64,000 bases of DNA, taken from Sphyrna mokarran (lineage: Eukaryota). The position numbers and the translations under genes are program-made. The notes under the pieces are model-generated. The model saw only the letters and a list, made by a program, of their open reading frames with translations. It had not been told where the DNA came from and ran no database searches. The stretch spans positions 148,924,001 through 148,988,000 of the forward strand of contig JAGIQG010000001.1 in NCBI GenBank assembly GCA_024679065.1. Reading direction: 5' to 3'. Positions 53,929 through 64,000 of this stretch are shown in pieces. Positions within the stretch are counted from its first letter, which is position 1; the number at the start of each line of letters is the position of its first letter.

Positions 53929-54975
53929 TGTGGAACCCCTCTGTAAACAGTTGTCTATTTGTAAAAACATTGACCAGTTTGCTTATTCCAATATCTTACC
54001 CTGGTGCCCTTATTTGCAAGGTGGACAAAGGACAAACACAAGTAAAGGTTCAACAAGTTTATTAACAACAACACAATTAACCCTTAAATTACCCACATAA
54101 AACAAGAGAATACCCAAAAATCAGATATACTAACCGCAAAGATGATTTGGGTCAAACTGCAGGCTCGATTCTCTGAGTCCCTCTGGTCAGTCGTCACAAA
54201 GGTGAGTCTCGATGCAGCTTCTTCTTCCTTCCTTCTCTGGTCAGTCTTCTGAATCAAATCTTCCAAGTCTCCCCCCATCTACCCGAGTCTTCTGGAGTCT
54301 TCCCCCCAGAGTCTGAAAATGTGTTCCTTTATCCCCTGCCTGCTTGCCTTTCCAGAAACTTCTCTGGCTTCCAGCCAATGAAGTCACAGGAGGGGGTTCC
54401 AATATCCAGTGGGTTTCTTGATGTCTGCCTAACAGGACACCAGGGTCCGCCCCCAGGTGTCCACTTCCATGCTGCTGCTTACATGTGACTTGTTATCAGA
54501 TTAAGCCAACTGCAGGAACTCTCGGTGACTGAAAGTCTGGCCCTATCTGGGCTTCTAACAATAGGTTGATGTATTTCAATGGGGTGCAATGATCTCCTGC
54601 TAAGTACCATAGGGTGCAACAACTTTTGATAGGAGGTTGATGCAGTTAGCCACAGACAGGTTTGTGAATTGTACAACTGGCCTGCCTGAGGTTTGACTGC
54701 ATTTGATTTTTAATACGTCCAATTCTTTAATTTAGGATATCCAATTTTATCAGCCATAAAACTCGGCCCTGTGTTTGTTATATTCCCTCCTCTTGATCCA
54801 ATGAGCGTCAGCGAATCGGATCACACAATTCTCACCAAACTATCTCAGTAAGCAAGTATCCTGAATCTGGAGTTAATAGTATCATCCCTAACCTATAATA
54901 GCACCAACAAATTTAAATGAAGTAAAATAATAATAATAAAGAATAAGAAACAATACATCAATTGGGTATGTACAC
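53929..54975 (-). mobile_element. Endogenous retrovirus-like 3' LTR (53929-54782) with polypurine tract and short internal remnant
   Basis: Minus strand: PPT aagaggagggaa (54783-54794), LTR start tataac (decayed TG), GC box 54447, CCAAT 54375, GATAAA 54328-54333, AATAAA 54058-54063, end ..ttccaCA at 53929. Confidence 0.65.
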
Positions 54976-55880
54976 CTCTATTTCCTGCCATTTGATCAAG
55001 TTTTGTACCCAGTTTACTATATTCCCCTGGATCTCATGTTTTGTTTTAATCAGTCCACCATTTGGGACTTTTTTTAAAGTCTTGCTAAAATCTGTGCAGG
55101 CCACATAAATTGCACTACCATCATTAATCATCCTTATTATTTCCTCAAAAAATTAATTGAGTTAGTAAGGCGCAATTTTCCCTTTAACCAATTCCATGCT
55201 GACCATTCTTGATTATTCTAAGTGACAATTTATCCTATCTCTCAGAATTGATCCAAGTAACTTGCCCACTACCAAAGTTAAGCTACACGGCCTGTAATTA
55301 TTTGGTCCATCTCTTGCTCCTTTTTACACAAAGTTATGGTGTTAGCAGACCTCATATTGTATAATGTGAAGATTGGAATTGTTGATCAGTACTTCCACTA
55401 TTTTCTCCTCGCCTTCTTTTAATAGCCTGTGGTACATTTCATCCAACCTGTGATTTATCCATTTTCAAGAATGCTAATCCCATTAATATTCCTCTCACCC
55501 TAGGTTTATCACTTATACTTCATACTGTTGTTCTTTAACTACATTATCTGCATTGTTTCCCTCTTTTCTGAAGACACACGTAATGGGGAGAATTTTTCTC
55601 ATCCTGCCTGCCACGGGAATCGTAGCAGGTGGTGACCACTCAAGAACCTTTGCGTCCTTAAGTGTGATGATCATGCAAAGATCAGTTGACCTTGGGTGGG
55701 ATTTTCTGGTTTTGGGGCAAACATAGCCAGAAGACCCTGCCCAGAGTTTTCCTTGAGAAGCATATGTACACCTTACGCCTCCTCACGTAGTTGTCCTTTT
55801 GATCTTTAATGGGCCTAATAATATATTCCTTAATAATTTACTTAAATATTGTTAAATCATTATTTTTCTCATCTCTAATT
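54976..55880 (-). mobile_element. Old CR1 LINE RT-region fragment, interrupted by a MITE
   Basis: Antisense to QHGF..CLTNL..FF (ttcctcaaaaaattaattgagttagtaaggcgcaattttcctttaaccaattccatgctgac). Confidence 0.65.
55585..55742. mobile_element. MITE (Harbinger-like)
   Basis: Ends ggggagaatttttct / agaagaccctgccc; GC-rich insert within AT-rich CR1 sequence. Confidence 0.6.
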
Positions 55881-56280
55881 TTTTTTCTGTTAACATCTAA
55901 ATTGTAACAGAATCATCACTTAGCTGTGAATTACTCAACCTATCCTGACTAAACATAGTAGGAAGAAATATTTGTGTCTGATGTGAGTTTAAATAAAATG
56001 AAGACAATATTGAAACAAAGACTAATGTATCACATAATTAAGACACCCTATTTTAGATAGTTATTACCATTTAAATTTGCTCAATAGTTGATTCAAAGAA
56101 CTTATCCAGTAATACATTTCAGTCATTGATCTTTAGTCTAAATGGTGTCTTTGGCTGTGGCCTTAAATATATTATTACACATGGAGATGGGGAGGAAATG
56201 TGACTCTAGTTGTGCAATGTCACAGTTCTAGCGTGGCTGCACTGTGTATTGTCTGATATGACGATTCTGTGTGTAACTAC

Positions 56281-56376
56281 TAGTTTACTATCAAATAAAT
56301 CGATTGGACTTAAACCTGGTGTTGTCAGACTTCTTACTGTGTTCACCCCAGTCCAACGCCAGCATCTTTACATCAT
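56281..56376 (+). mobile_element. Penelope-like 3' terminal fragment (no hammerhead)
   Basis: Reverse complement of 59386-59478; flanked by tgtgtaacta / tgtctaacta, a possible target-site duplication. Confidence 0.75.
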
Positions 56377-57604
56377 GTCTAACTATTCCCCAGACAGCAG
56401 AATTATTTACTTGAAAACAAATAACGGGAAAGCAACACCATTCACTGTAATTGATTCACAGACTGTGTCCTTGCATTCCCAAGTAGAGGTGCTGCAGCTT
56501 GGTTAACATCTCTCGCTCTCATAACTCCCACCACTCCCTCCGTCTCCTGCCTTTTGATGGGGCACTAGATAAGAATGTTACTCCTCGAATTATCTTTTAT
56601 TGCATTATCTGTAATCTTTGTTTTGTCTGTTTTAATTTCATCAGTTTAATTCTTTATTTAGAGACTTGCAGTTCCCTTCTTCCTTCAGACTCCTTGGTCT
56701 CCATCTCTTTTCCATTCCATTCATTAAGCAAACCAATAAAAATGATATAACATTTAAAAAATATATTTCAAATTCAGAAACTGTTTAGAGTAAATCTATG
56801 TTATTAGGCATAGTAACGTTCCTTGCAATGACAGGAAGTAGGAAGGGTGTACTCTGCAACATGACAACTATGTCTCACCCTTTGCTTCTTAGCTGAAAAC
56901 ATGCCAAACAGTTTTCAATGTTAATTAAAATAAAAAGTTGTTTAAGTGTGCATGTAAATTCCCCTGGAAAAATACTAACAGCAAACCTGCTTTATGATCA
57001 GAATGAATTATAAAGATATCGCAAAACAATAATTCCTCCCAGTCCCCTCACTTCTTCATTGAGTAAAATATAGCAAGTTTATTTTACATTCTGGAGTCCT
57101 GCCAAAGGTAATATAATATCAAGCCTACAGTAATAATGAGATATTTACATTTATTCATGAGAACATTCCCCATCTTGTGAACTCCACTATTAACAGAAAA
57201 CATTAGAACACTTTTATTTTATAACTGTAGTAATAATACTTAAAGTCTCTTTTGTTTATGAAATTTTAACTTATTTGAGTTTCACCTTAATTTATAGATT
57301 CTTTATACTACAAGAAGTTTAAATAGAATAGCTGAGAGCAAAGTTATTTGCTAATAAATCAAGTTTTGTAAAGTGGCAGCTATATACGCTTACGAATATT
57401 GTAGCTGTGAGTGCTCTGAGCCCTATACCTTTGATTATCAACAATGCTTTTGCTTTTGTCTCATGCCAGTCAGAAAGATACTGCGATGCATGACCACTGT
57501 TAAATATAGACTCTTTGATACCACACTTTAGCTCCATTCTTTTCTTAAATCAATTCTTAGGATGTGGATATTGCTGGCAAGGCAGACATTTATTACCCAA
57601 ACTT

Positions 57605-57728
57605 AGGCTGGAATTTTTCAGCCTTCCATGTCGGTGGGATACTCCTGTCCCGCAGATGCAAACTGAGATTTCAGTGGCTCACTGGCTCCACTGTGGGCAG
57701 GAATGGTGTGGCTGGAAAATTCCAGCCC
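57605..57728. mobile_element. MITE inserted in a LINE tail
   Basis: 18-bp terminal inverted repeats ggctggaatttttcagcc / ggctggaaaattccagcc with one mismatch. Confidence 0.8.
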
Positions 57729-57769
57729 AACTTTCCCTGAGGAGATAGTGCTGGGTCTTGAAGTGCTAG

Positions 57770-59311
57770 TGGCTTGTTGACACAATGACATAATCTCTCC
57801 CTCAATGTCAACAAAACAAAGCAGATTGTCATCAACTTCAGGAAGCATAAAGGAGAACATATCCCTATCTACATCAATGGGGATAAAGTAAAAAGAGTCG
57901 AGAGTTTCAAGTTTTTAAGTGTGCAGATCACCAACAACCTGTCCCCATGCCAATACAATAGTTGAGAAAGTCCACCAATGTCTCTCACTTTCTCAGAAGA
58001 CTAAGGAAATTTGATATGCCAGCTACGTCTCTTACCAACCTTTATAGATGCACCATAGAAGGTATTGTTTCAGGTTGTATCACAGGATGGATATGGCTCT
58101 TGCTCTGCCCAAGACCGCAAGGAACTATAAAAAGTCATGAATGTAGCCCAGTCCATCATGCAAACCAGCCTCCCATCCATTGACTCTGCCTACATTTCCT
58201 ACTGCCTCAGCAAAGCAGCCAGCATAATTAAGAACCTCATGCACCCTGGACATTCTCTCTTCCACCTTCTTCTGTCGGGAAAAAGATACAAAAAACTGAG
58301 ATAACGTACCAACGGACTTAAGAGTGACTATTGGACTAGTGAAATGGAGTATTATTTAAATGGTGATAAATTACAACATGCTACTGTGTAGAGGGACCTG
58401 GGTGTCCTTGTGCATGAATTGCAAAAACTCAGTTTGCAGGTGCAGCAGGTGATCAAGAAGGCAAATGGAATGTTGGCCTTTATGGCGAGGGAGATGGAAT
58501 ATAAAAGCAGGAAGGTCTTGCTGCAATTGTACAGGTACTGGTGAGGCCGTAACTAGAGTACTGTGTGCAACTTTGGTCCCCTTATTTGTGAAAGGATATA
58601 TTGGCCTTGGAGGGAGTACAGAGATGGTTCACCAGGTTGTTACCGGAGATGAAGGGGTTAGCTTATGAGCAGAGAATGAGTAGATTGTGCCTGTACTCAT
58701 TGGAGTTTAGAAGGCTGAGCGATAATCTTATAGAGACGTATAAGATAATGAAGAGGCTTGATAGGGTAAAGGCAGAGAGATTCTTTCCACTTAGAAAGGA
58801 AACAAGAACTAGAGGACACAGCCTTAAAATAAGGGGAAGTCAGTTTAGAACATAGTTGAGCTGGAACTTCTCAGAGGGTAGTGAATCTCTGAAATTCTCT
58901 GTCCATTGAAGCAGTGGAGGCTACCTCATTGAATATGTTTAAGTCACAGGTAGATAGATTTTTGATCGATAAGGGAATTAAGGCTTATGGGAAGCAGGCG
59001 GGTAAGTGGAATTGAACCACTTTCAGATCAGCCATGATTTTATTGAATGGTGGGACAGGTTCGAGGGGCTAGATGGCCTACTCCTGCTCCTATATCTTAT
59101 GTTCTTATGAGAGCAACTTTTTCCCTGTTGCTGTCAGACTTTTGAATGGACCTACCTCGCATTAAATTAATCTTTCTCTACACCCTAGCTATGACTGTAA
59201 CATACATTCTGCATTCTCTCATTTCCTTCTCTATGAATGGTATGATTTGGCTCGCAAGAAACAATACTTTCCACTATATATTAATACATGTGACAATAAA
59301 TCAAATCAAAT
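57770..59311 (+). mobile_element. Rex1/Babar-like LINE 3' portion, interrupted at 58325-59109
   Basis: NLSLNVNKTKQIVINFRK, VESFKFL and HFLRRLRKF..LTNLYRCTIE motifs; 3' UTR ending (tcaaa)n. Confidence 0.88.
58325..59109 (+). mobile_element. CR1 LINE 3' fragment nested in the Rex1-like element
   Basis: ALEGVQRWFTRLLPEMKGLAYEQR..LYSLEFRRL..TRTRGHSLKI; tail tcttatgttcttatg. Confidence 0.92.
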
Positions 59312-59383
59312 ATATTTGCCTACAAGTAATGGCTTCAAAAATATTTCTGATTTACGTGCCGAAGTCCTGCTCATTTAAATGGC

Positions 59384-59868
59384 CGTGATGTAGAGATGCC
59401 GGCATTGGACTGGGGTAAATACAGTAAGAGGCCTGATAACACCAGTTTTAAATCCAACCGATTTATTTGATAGTAAACTTGCAAGCTTTTGGCTTTATGG
59501 CCTTTGTCAGGCGAATGAGGTGTTCTGGTCTGCAATAGCACACAGTGAGTGGAAGGAGACCCCCATGACTTGCCTGGGTTAGCAAAAAACCTCACTTACT
59601 GTGCTGTCTGGAGACAATCACATCTCTCTAACCTGTGCTCAGTGCTCCTTCCACTCACTTTGTTAGCCACTTTAAGACTTGAATAGCAGGCTAGGTATAA
59701 AGATTCACATTCTAATCAACAATCTGTAAACTGTCTGTGCTGATATGTGTTCTGTTGCAGACCAGAACACCTCATTCGCCTGACGAAGGCTATAAAGCCG
59801 AAAGCTTGCGAGTTTACTATCAAATAAATTGGTTGGATTTAAAACTGGTGTTGTCAGACCTCTTACTG
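59384..59868. mobile_element. Non-autonomous Penelope-like insertion with inverted terminal repeats and hammerhead motifs
   Basis: Inverted arms 59422-59545 / 59746-59868; 12-bp direct repeat catttaaatggc at 59372-59383 and 59869-59880. Confidence 0.8.
59774..59813 (+). ncRNA. Minimal type I hammerhead ribozyme motif
   Basis: Stem I attcgc/gcgagt, core CUGACGA, stem II GGC-uauaaa-GCC, GAAA, palindromic AGCU stem III, UH site at 59806-59807. Confidence 0.7.
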
Positions 59869-60054
59869 CATTTAAATGGCGATAGGAAGACTTGCATTTT
59901 GGTAGCATTTCCAAACTTTGGGACATATAGAACCTCATAACTAGTAAAGTTTTTAGTAGCATAGTCACTGTTATAATGTAGAGAAAAGAAGAAACCAACT
60001 TTCACGTAACATGATCCCCCCCCCCCCCACTAAATAACATTGGAATAAATAGCC

Positions 60055-60257
60055 AGATAATCTGTTTTAGGAATATTGGTTGAACTATAAGAGACCAGAA
60101 CCTTCCCCTACTCCCAGCTCTTTACTGAATAGAGCCATTCGATTGTTTAAATTCACCAGAGATGACAAAAAACGTCATGTTTTAATATGGCAGCCAGAAG
60201 ATGGGATTCGAACAATTCAACAGTACTTTACAACTGCTTCAAAGTGTCAGCCTAGGA
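60055..60257 (-). mobile_element. Old Deu-domain SINE fragment
   Basis: Decayed antisense Deu domain ending aagtgtcagcctag. Confidence 0.5.
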
Positions 60258-61373
60258 ACATAGAATATAGACCAGGAATAGGCTATTCAGCTCTTCAAGC
60301 CTGCTATGCTATTATTTTGACCATCAAAAATCATCAAATTCAGTATCCCGCCTCCCCCCCCATATTTCTTGATCTCTTTAGTCCTAAGAGCTAATTTTTA
60401 GATTTATTCCCAAACTTCTCTTTGATTTTTTTTTCTTATGTTTGATTTGTCATTTTCTTTCTTGGAGATTTCTTTTGTTTTTTGGGATTTTTTAAAGTTA
60501 TAACACTGTATAAACATCAAATATTATTTTCCATCAACTCTGCAATGCACAAATTCCACATGGAATTTGGTACATCGGCAGTTGGCCACAAAATACCGAC
60601 ACAAATAATTTTGTCACTTTTGTGTCAGCAAGTAATGCTTATCCAACAGTTTCTGCCAAGTATTCATGTGCAGTAACCTCTTCATTTGTTTGTAGCTTGA
60701 AGTTATAAAACAAAATGAAAAGTGGCATGCAACTGTAAATGTGCCCGTCCTGTTTAGCCAAAGCGCTCACAACACTAAACACCTACTTTTATTGTGCCAA
60801 TCTGTGTGTGTGTGTGTATGGCGGGGGATGGAGAGTAGGTCTGCACTATTATGGCGTTTTTTAAAATTGAGATACGGAGTTAAAATGAGAAGCCCATTTA
60901 TGTGAACCTCACACACAGTTGTAACTACTGCTATGCTGTTTATTTTTTTCCCAGAGCATCCAAACAAGATTACATGTGGAATTCATTTGTAAATGTTCCG
61001 TAGTAAGTAACAAATTATTTGGTCTATCCATTCATTATATAATGGAGTTAGAGGATAACTATGGCAGATTGGTTGACCGTTATTTTGTGGAAAAATGGTG
61101 AGGTCATCAGTGCCCCTGTAGTAAAACGTAAATCAAACTGCAACTGCACGTGCATGAGTCATACAATCATTTACAGCACAAAAGAAAGCTATTGAGTTGA
61201 CTCTCCATTGAGCGATCCAGTTCATTCCATTTTCCCATTCTATCCTCCTGCTTTTGTTGAAAACCTTAAATCTGTGTCCCTAGCCCTTGATACCACCAGC
61301 TTTTCCTTGTCAGTTATATCCAAACTATCATAACCTTGTACACCTCTGTGATAATCTCATCTCAGTCTCTTTT

Positions 61374-61651
61374 GGGCAGCACTGCTGCCTCAATCATAGC
61401 ATCATGCCCCTGGCTTAGGTCACTGCCTGTGCGGAGTCTGCACATATTCTCTCTGTGTCTGCGTGGATTTCCTTCAGGTGTTCTAGTTTCATCACAGAGT
61501 GCAAAAGACATGCTAGTTAGGTGCATTGGCCACTAAGTTCGTCCTCAGTGTACCTGAAATTGTGCCAGAATGTAGTGACTAAGGGATTTTCACAGTTAAC
61601 TTCATTGCAGTGTTAATGTAAGCCTATTTGTGACACTAAGAAATAAACTTT
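61374..61651 (+). mobile_element. V-SINE, second tail type
   Basis: Colinear with 34368-34643. Confidence 0.88.
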
Positions 61652-61793
61652 TCTCCAAGGAGAATGCCTCAATTTCTCCAACTTAACCTTGTAGCTAAAA
61701 TTAGAATCATTCTAGTGAATCTCCTCTGCAGTCTCTTGAGAATCTTTGTATCCTTAAGTGTGGTGATCAGAACTGGCTGCAGAACCTACCTCT

Positions 61794-62029
61794 AGGACGG
61801 ATATCAGAGGTAGGTTCTTTACTCAAAGAGTGATTAGGGAGTGGAATGCCCTGCCTGCAGCTGTTGTAGATGCGCCAAGTTTGGTGGCGTTTAAGAGGTT
61901 AGTTGATAAGTATATGGATGAGAAGGGAATGGTTTAGTTTGGAGGGGCATTGCTTTTTATTTTGGTCGGCACAACATCGAAGGCCGAAGGGCCTGTTCTG
62001 TGCTGTATTGTTCTATGTTCTATGTTCTA
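61794..62029 (+). mobile_element. Young short CR1 3' fragment
   Basis: Open frame RTDIRGRFFTQRVIREWNALPAAVVDAPSLVAFKRLVDKYMDEKGMV*; tail (gttctat)n. Confidence 0.92.
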
Positions 62030-63668
62030 GTACCCTAGTTGTTATCTAACTCGAGCTTTTTAAAGTTTCAGCATAACTGCTCTGCTTTTGTACTTTGTGC
62101 TTCAATTTATAAAACACAAACTGTTATGTACTTTGCTAAGCATTCTCTCATATATCCTGCCAACTTCAGAGACCTTTGGAAAAGCTCCACGCTTGTCCCT
62201 GAACGTGCTTTCATACTGTGCCATCAAGTTTTATAACATCTCTCTCTATCCCTTCTACCAAAATGCACCACATCACGTTTCCTCATATTAAATCCAATTT
62301 GTCACTTGTCCAGACATTTTTCTTGCCTGTCTTATGTTCTGTTGCAATGGATTTGTATCACGCTGATTGTTTGTCACTCCTTCAAGATTGGTATTGATAT
62401 ATTTTGAAATATTATTCTACGTTCCAATATAATGTCTGTATTATATATACTTATTGCATATTCACACTTATTGGCCCTTGGGGAACACCACTATTTACCA
62501 TCCTCCCATCTGAAACGTAACTATTTACCATGGCCCTCTTTCCAGCCCTTCAACCAATGTTTATTGAAGCTGGCACTGATCCTCCTAATTCAATGAGCTT
62601 CAGTTTTGTTAACCAGCTTTTTATGTGGTATTTTGTTAAACACTTCTTTAAGCACCATATGGATAAAATCAATTGCATTCCCTTCATCAATTTGTTGTTA
62701 CCTCATCAAAAAAAAATCAATGAGATTAGTCAAGCACAATCTGTCTTATATAAATCCATGCTGGTTTTCCTTCATTAAGTCCAACTTCTCCAATTGCATA
62801 TTGGTTTCTCCTCCTAATCATTGTTTCTAAAGTTTTATCCACCACTTACATTAAACCAACTGGCTTATAATTAGTATGTCTTCCTTTTCATCCTTTTTTG
62901 AATAAGGGCGACAAATTTGCTACTGTCCAATCCTCGGGCACCTCCCCTGAATCTAGGGAGATTGAAAGATTACAGCAAGCCCTTCCACTGTCTACACTCT
63001 ACTTCCTTCAACTTGGGATACAACCCATCTGGACCAAGTGACATGCATCCTAAACATAGCCAGCCTTTCCAGTACATCCTGACTGTCAACATTCACCCCA
63101 TCCATTATCTCTAACATCTCCTTCTGATACTTCGTCAGTATTCTCTCTCTTAGGAAACACAAATAAAAGTGTTCTTTAGCATTCTAATGACCATGGATCA
63201 CCCTTTTATCCTTATAGACCTATTCTACCATTTACTATCTGCTTACTATTTATAGAAGATCTTAGATTCTTTTTCATGTTGACTATTATTCTATTTTCAT
63301 ATTCTCTCATTTCCATTCTTATTTTTCTCTCCATTTCCCCTCTTAGCTATTTGTATTCATCTTGGTTCTTGTTTGAAGAATTAATCTGACATGTATTGTA
63401 CACATTCTTTTTTGTTTCATCATATTCTCTATCTTCCTCATTATCCAAGAAGTCCTAGCTTTGATTCCCTAACATTTCAGCCTTGCTGGAATGTACCTAA
63501 TCTGTTTGGGAAGCATCTTCTTAAAAGGCCTTCCAATTATATGTTACAAACTTTCCTGTCAGACTTTGGTTCCATTTTACCCTGGATAGATCCTGTTTCA
63601 TCCCATTTAGATGTTCTGCTTTAGATTGTTCCTTGCTCTTCTGCATTACCAGTCTAAACTTTACAATG

Positions 63669-63895
63669 TAGAATCCCTGCAGTGCAGAAGGAGGACATTC
63701 GGCTCATTGTGTCCGCACTGACAATGATCTCATCCAGGTCCTATCTCTGTAATGCCATATGTTTACCGTGTTATTCCCCTGACACTAAAGTGCAATTTAG
63801 CGTAGCCAATCCACCTAACCTCCATATCTTTGTGGAAGAAAATCGGAGCACCCGGAGGAACTCCATGAAGACATGGGGAGAACATGCAAACTTCA
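63669..63895 (-). mobile_element. 5'-truncated V-SINE
   Basis: Colinear with 24915-25160 (tagaatccctgcagtgcagaaggagg ... ggagcacccggaggaa). Confidence 0.85.
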
Positions 63896-64000
63896 TCATC
63901 TTATGATGATCATTCTTGTTCAAATGCTGCCCCATAAACAGAGTCCACTGAATCTACCGTATACTCTAAATCCAGCACTGTGGCCTTCTAAGGAGGTTCT

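Larger units (their letters stand above)
61156..63990 (-). mobile_element. Old CR1 LINE (~2 kb) carrying three younger insertions
   Basis: Antisense tail at 61156, then ccttggggaacaccact (SGVPQG) and aaatccatgctg (QHGF); pyrimidine-rich plus strand. Confidence 0.7.

Noticed and set aside
54890-54958. Env transmembrane helix (MYCFLFFIIIILLHLNLLVLL)
   Set aside because: The hydrophobicity comes from an (att)n low-complexity run; no other env motifs are visible.
1-64000. Many short ORFs in the six-frame track as host genes
   Set aside because: None resembles a known cellular protein; the recognisable ones derive from transposons and the rest fit chance ORFs in eukaryotic non-coding DNA.

Overview
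AT-rich vertebrate genomic DNA, almost certainly cartilaginous fish (shark), judged from HE1/V-SINE-type SINEs, CR1 (HER1-like) LINEs, Deu-domain SINEs and Harbinger-type MITEs. I found no host protein-coding gene, rRNA, tRNA or CRISPR array, so the window reads as a large intron or gene desert. The only recognisable coding sequence is transposon-derived: a young CR1 RT fragment (9940-11223), Rex1/Babar and older CR1 fragments, a HARBI1-like transposase fossil and an ERV-like 3' LTR with polypurine tract. The most interesting signal is a set of short Penelope-like elements carrying minimal hammerhead ribozyme motifs. One is a head-to-head inverted insertion with a 12-bp target-site duplication and one intact catalytic core (59372-59880). 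A second copy has a compensatory stem II change (15451-15484), and an older ~330-bp palindrome belongs to a different family (2581-2908). Several repeat-free, motif-rich stretches may be conserved non-coding elements, but this is inference. All calls were made by eye, and boundaries of old repeats are approximate.
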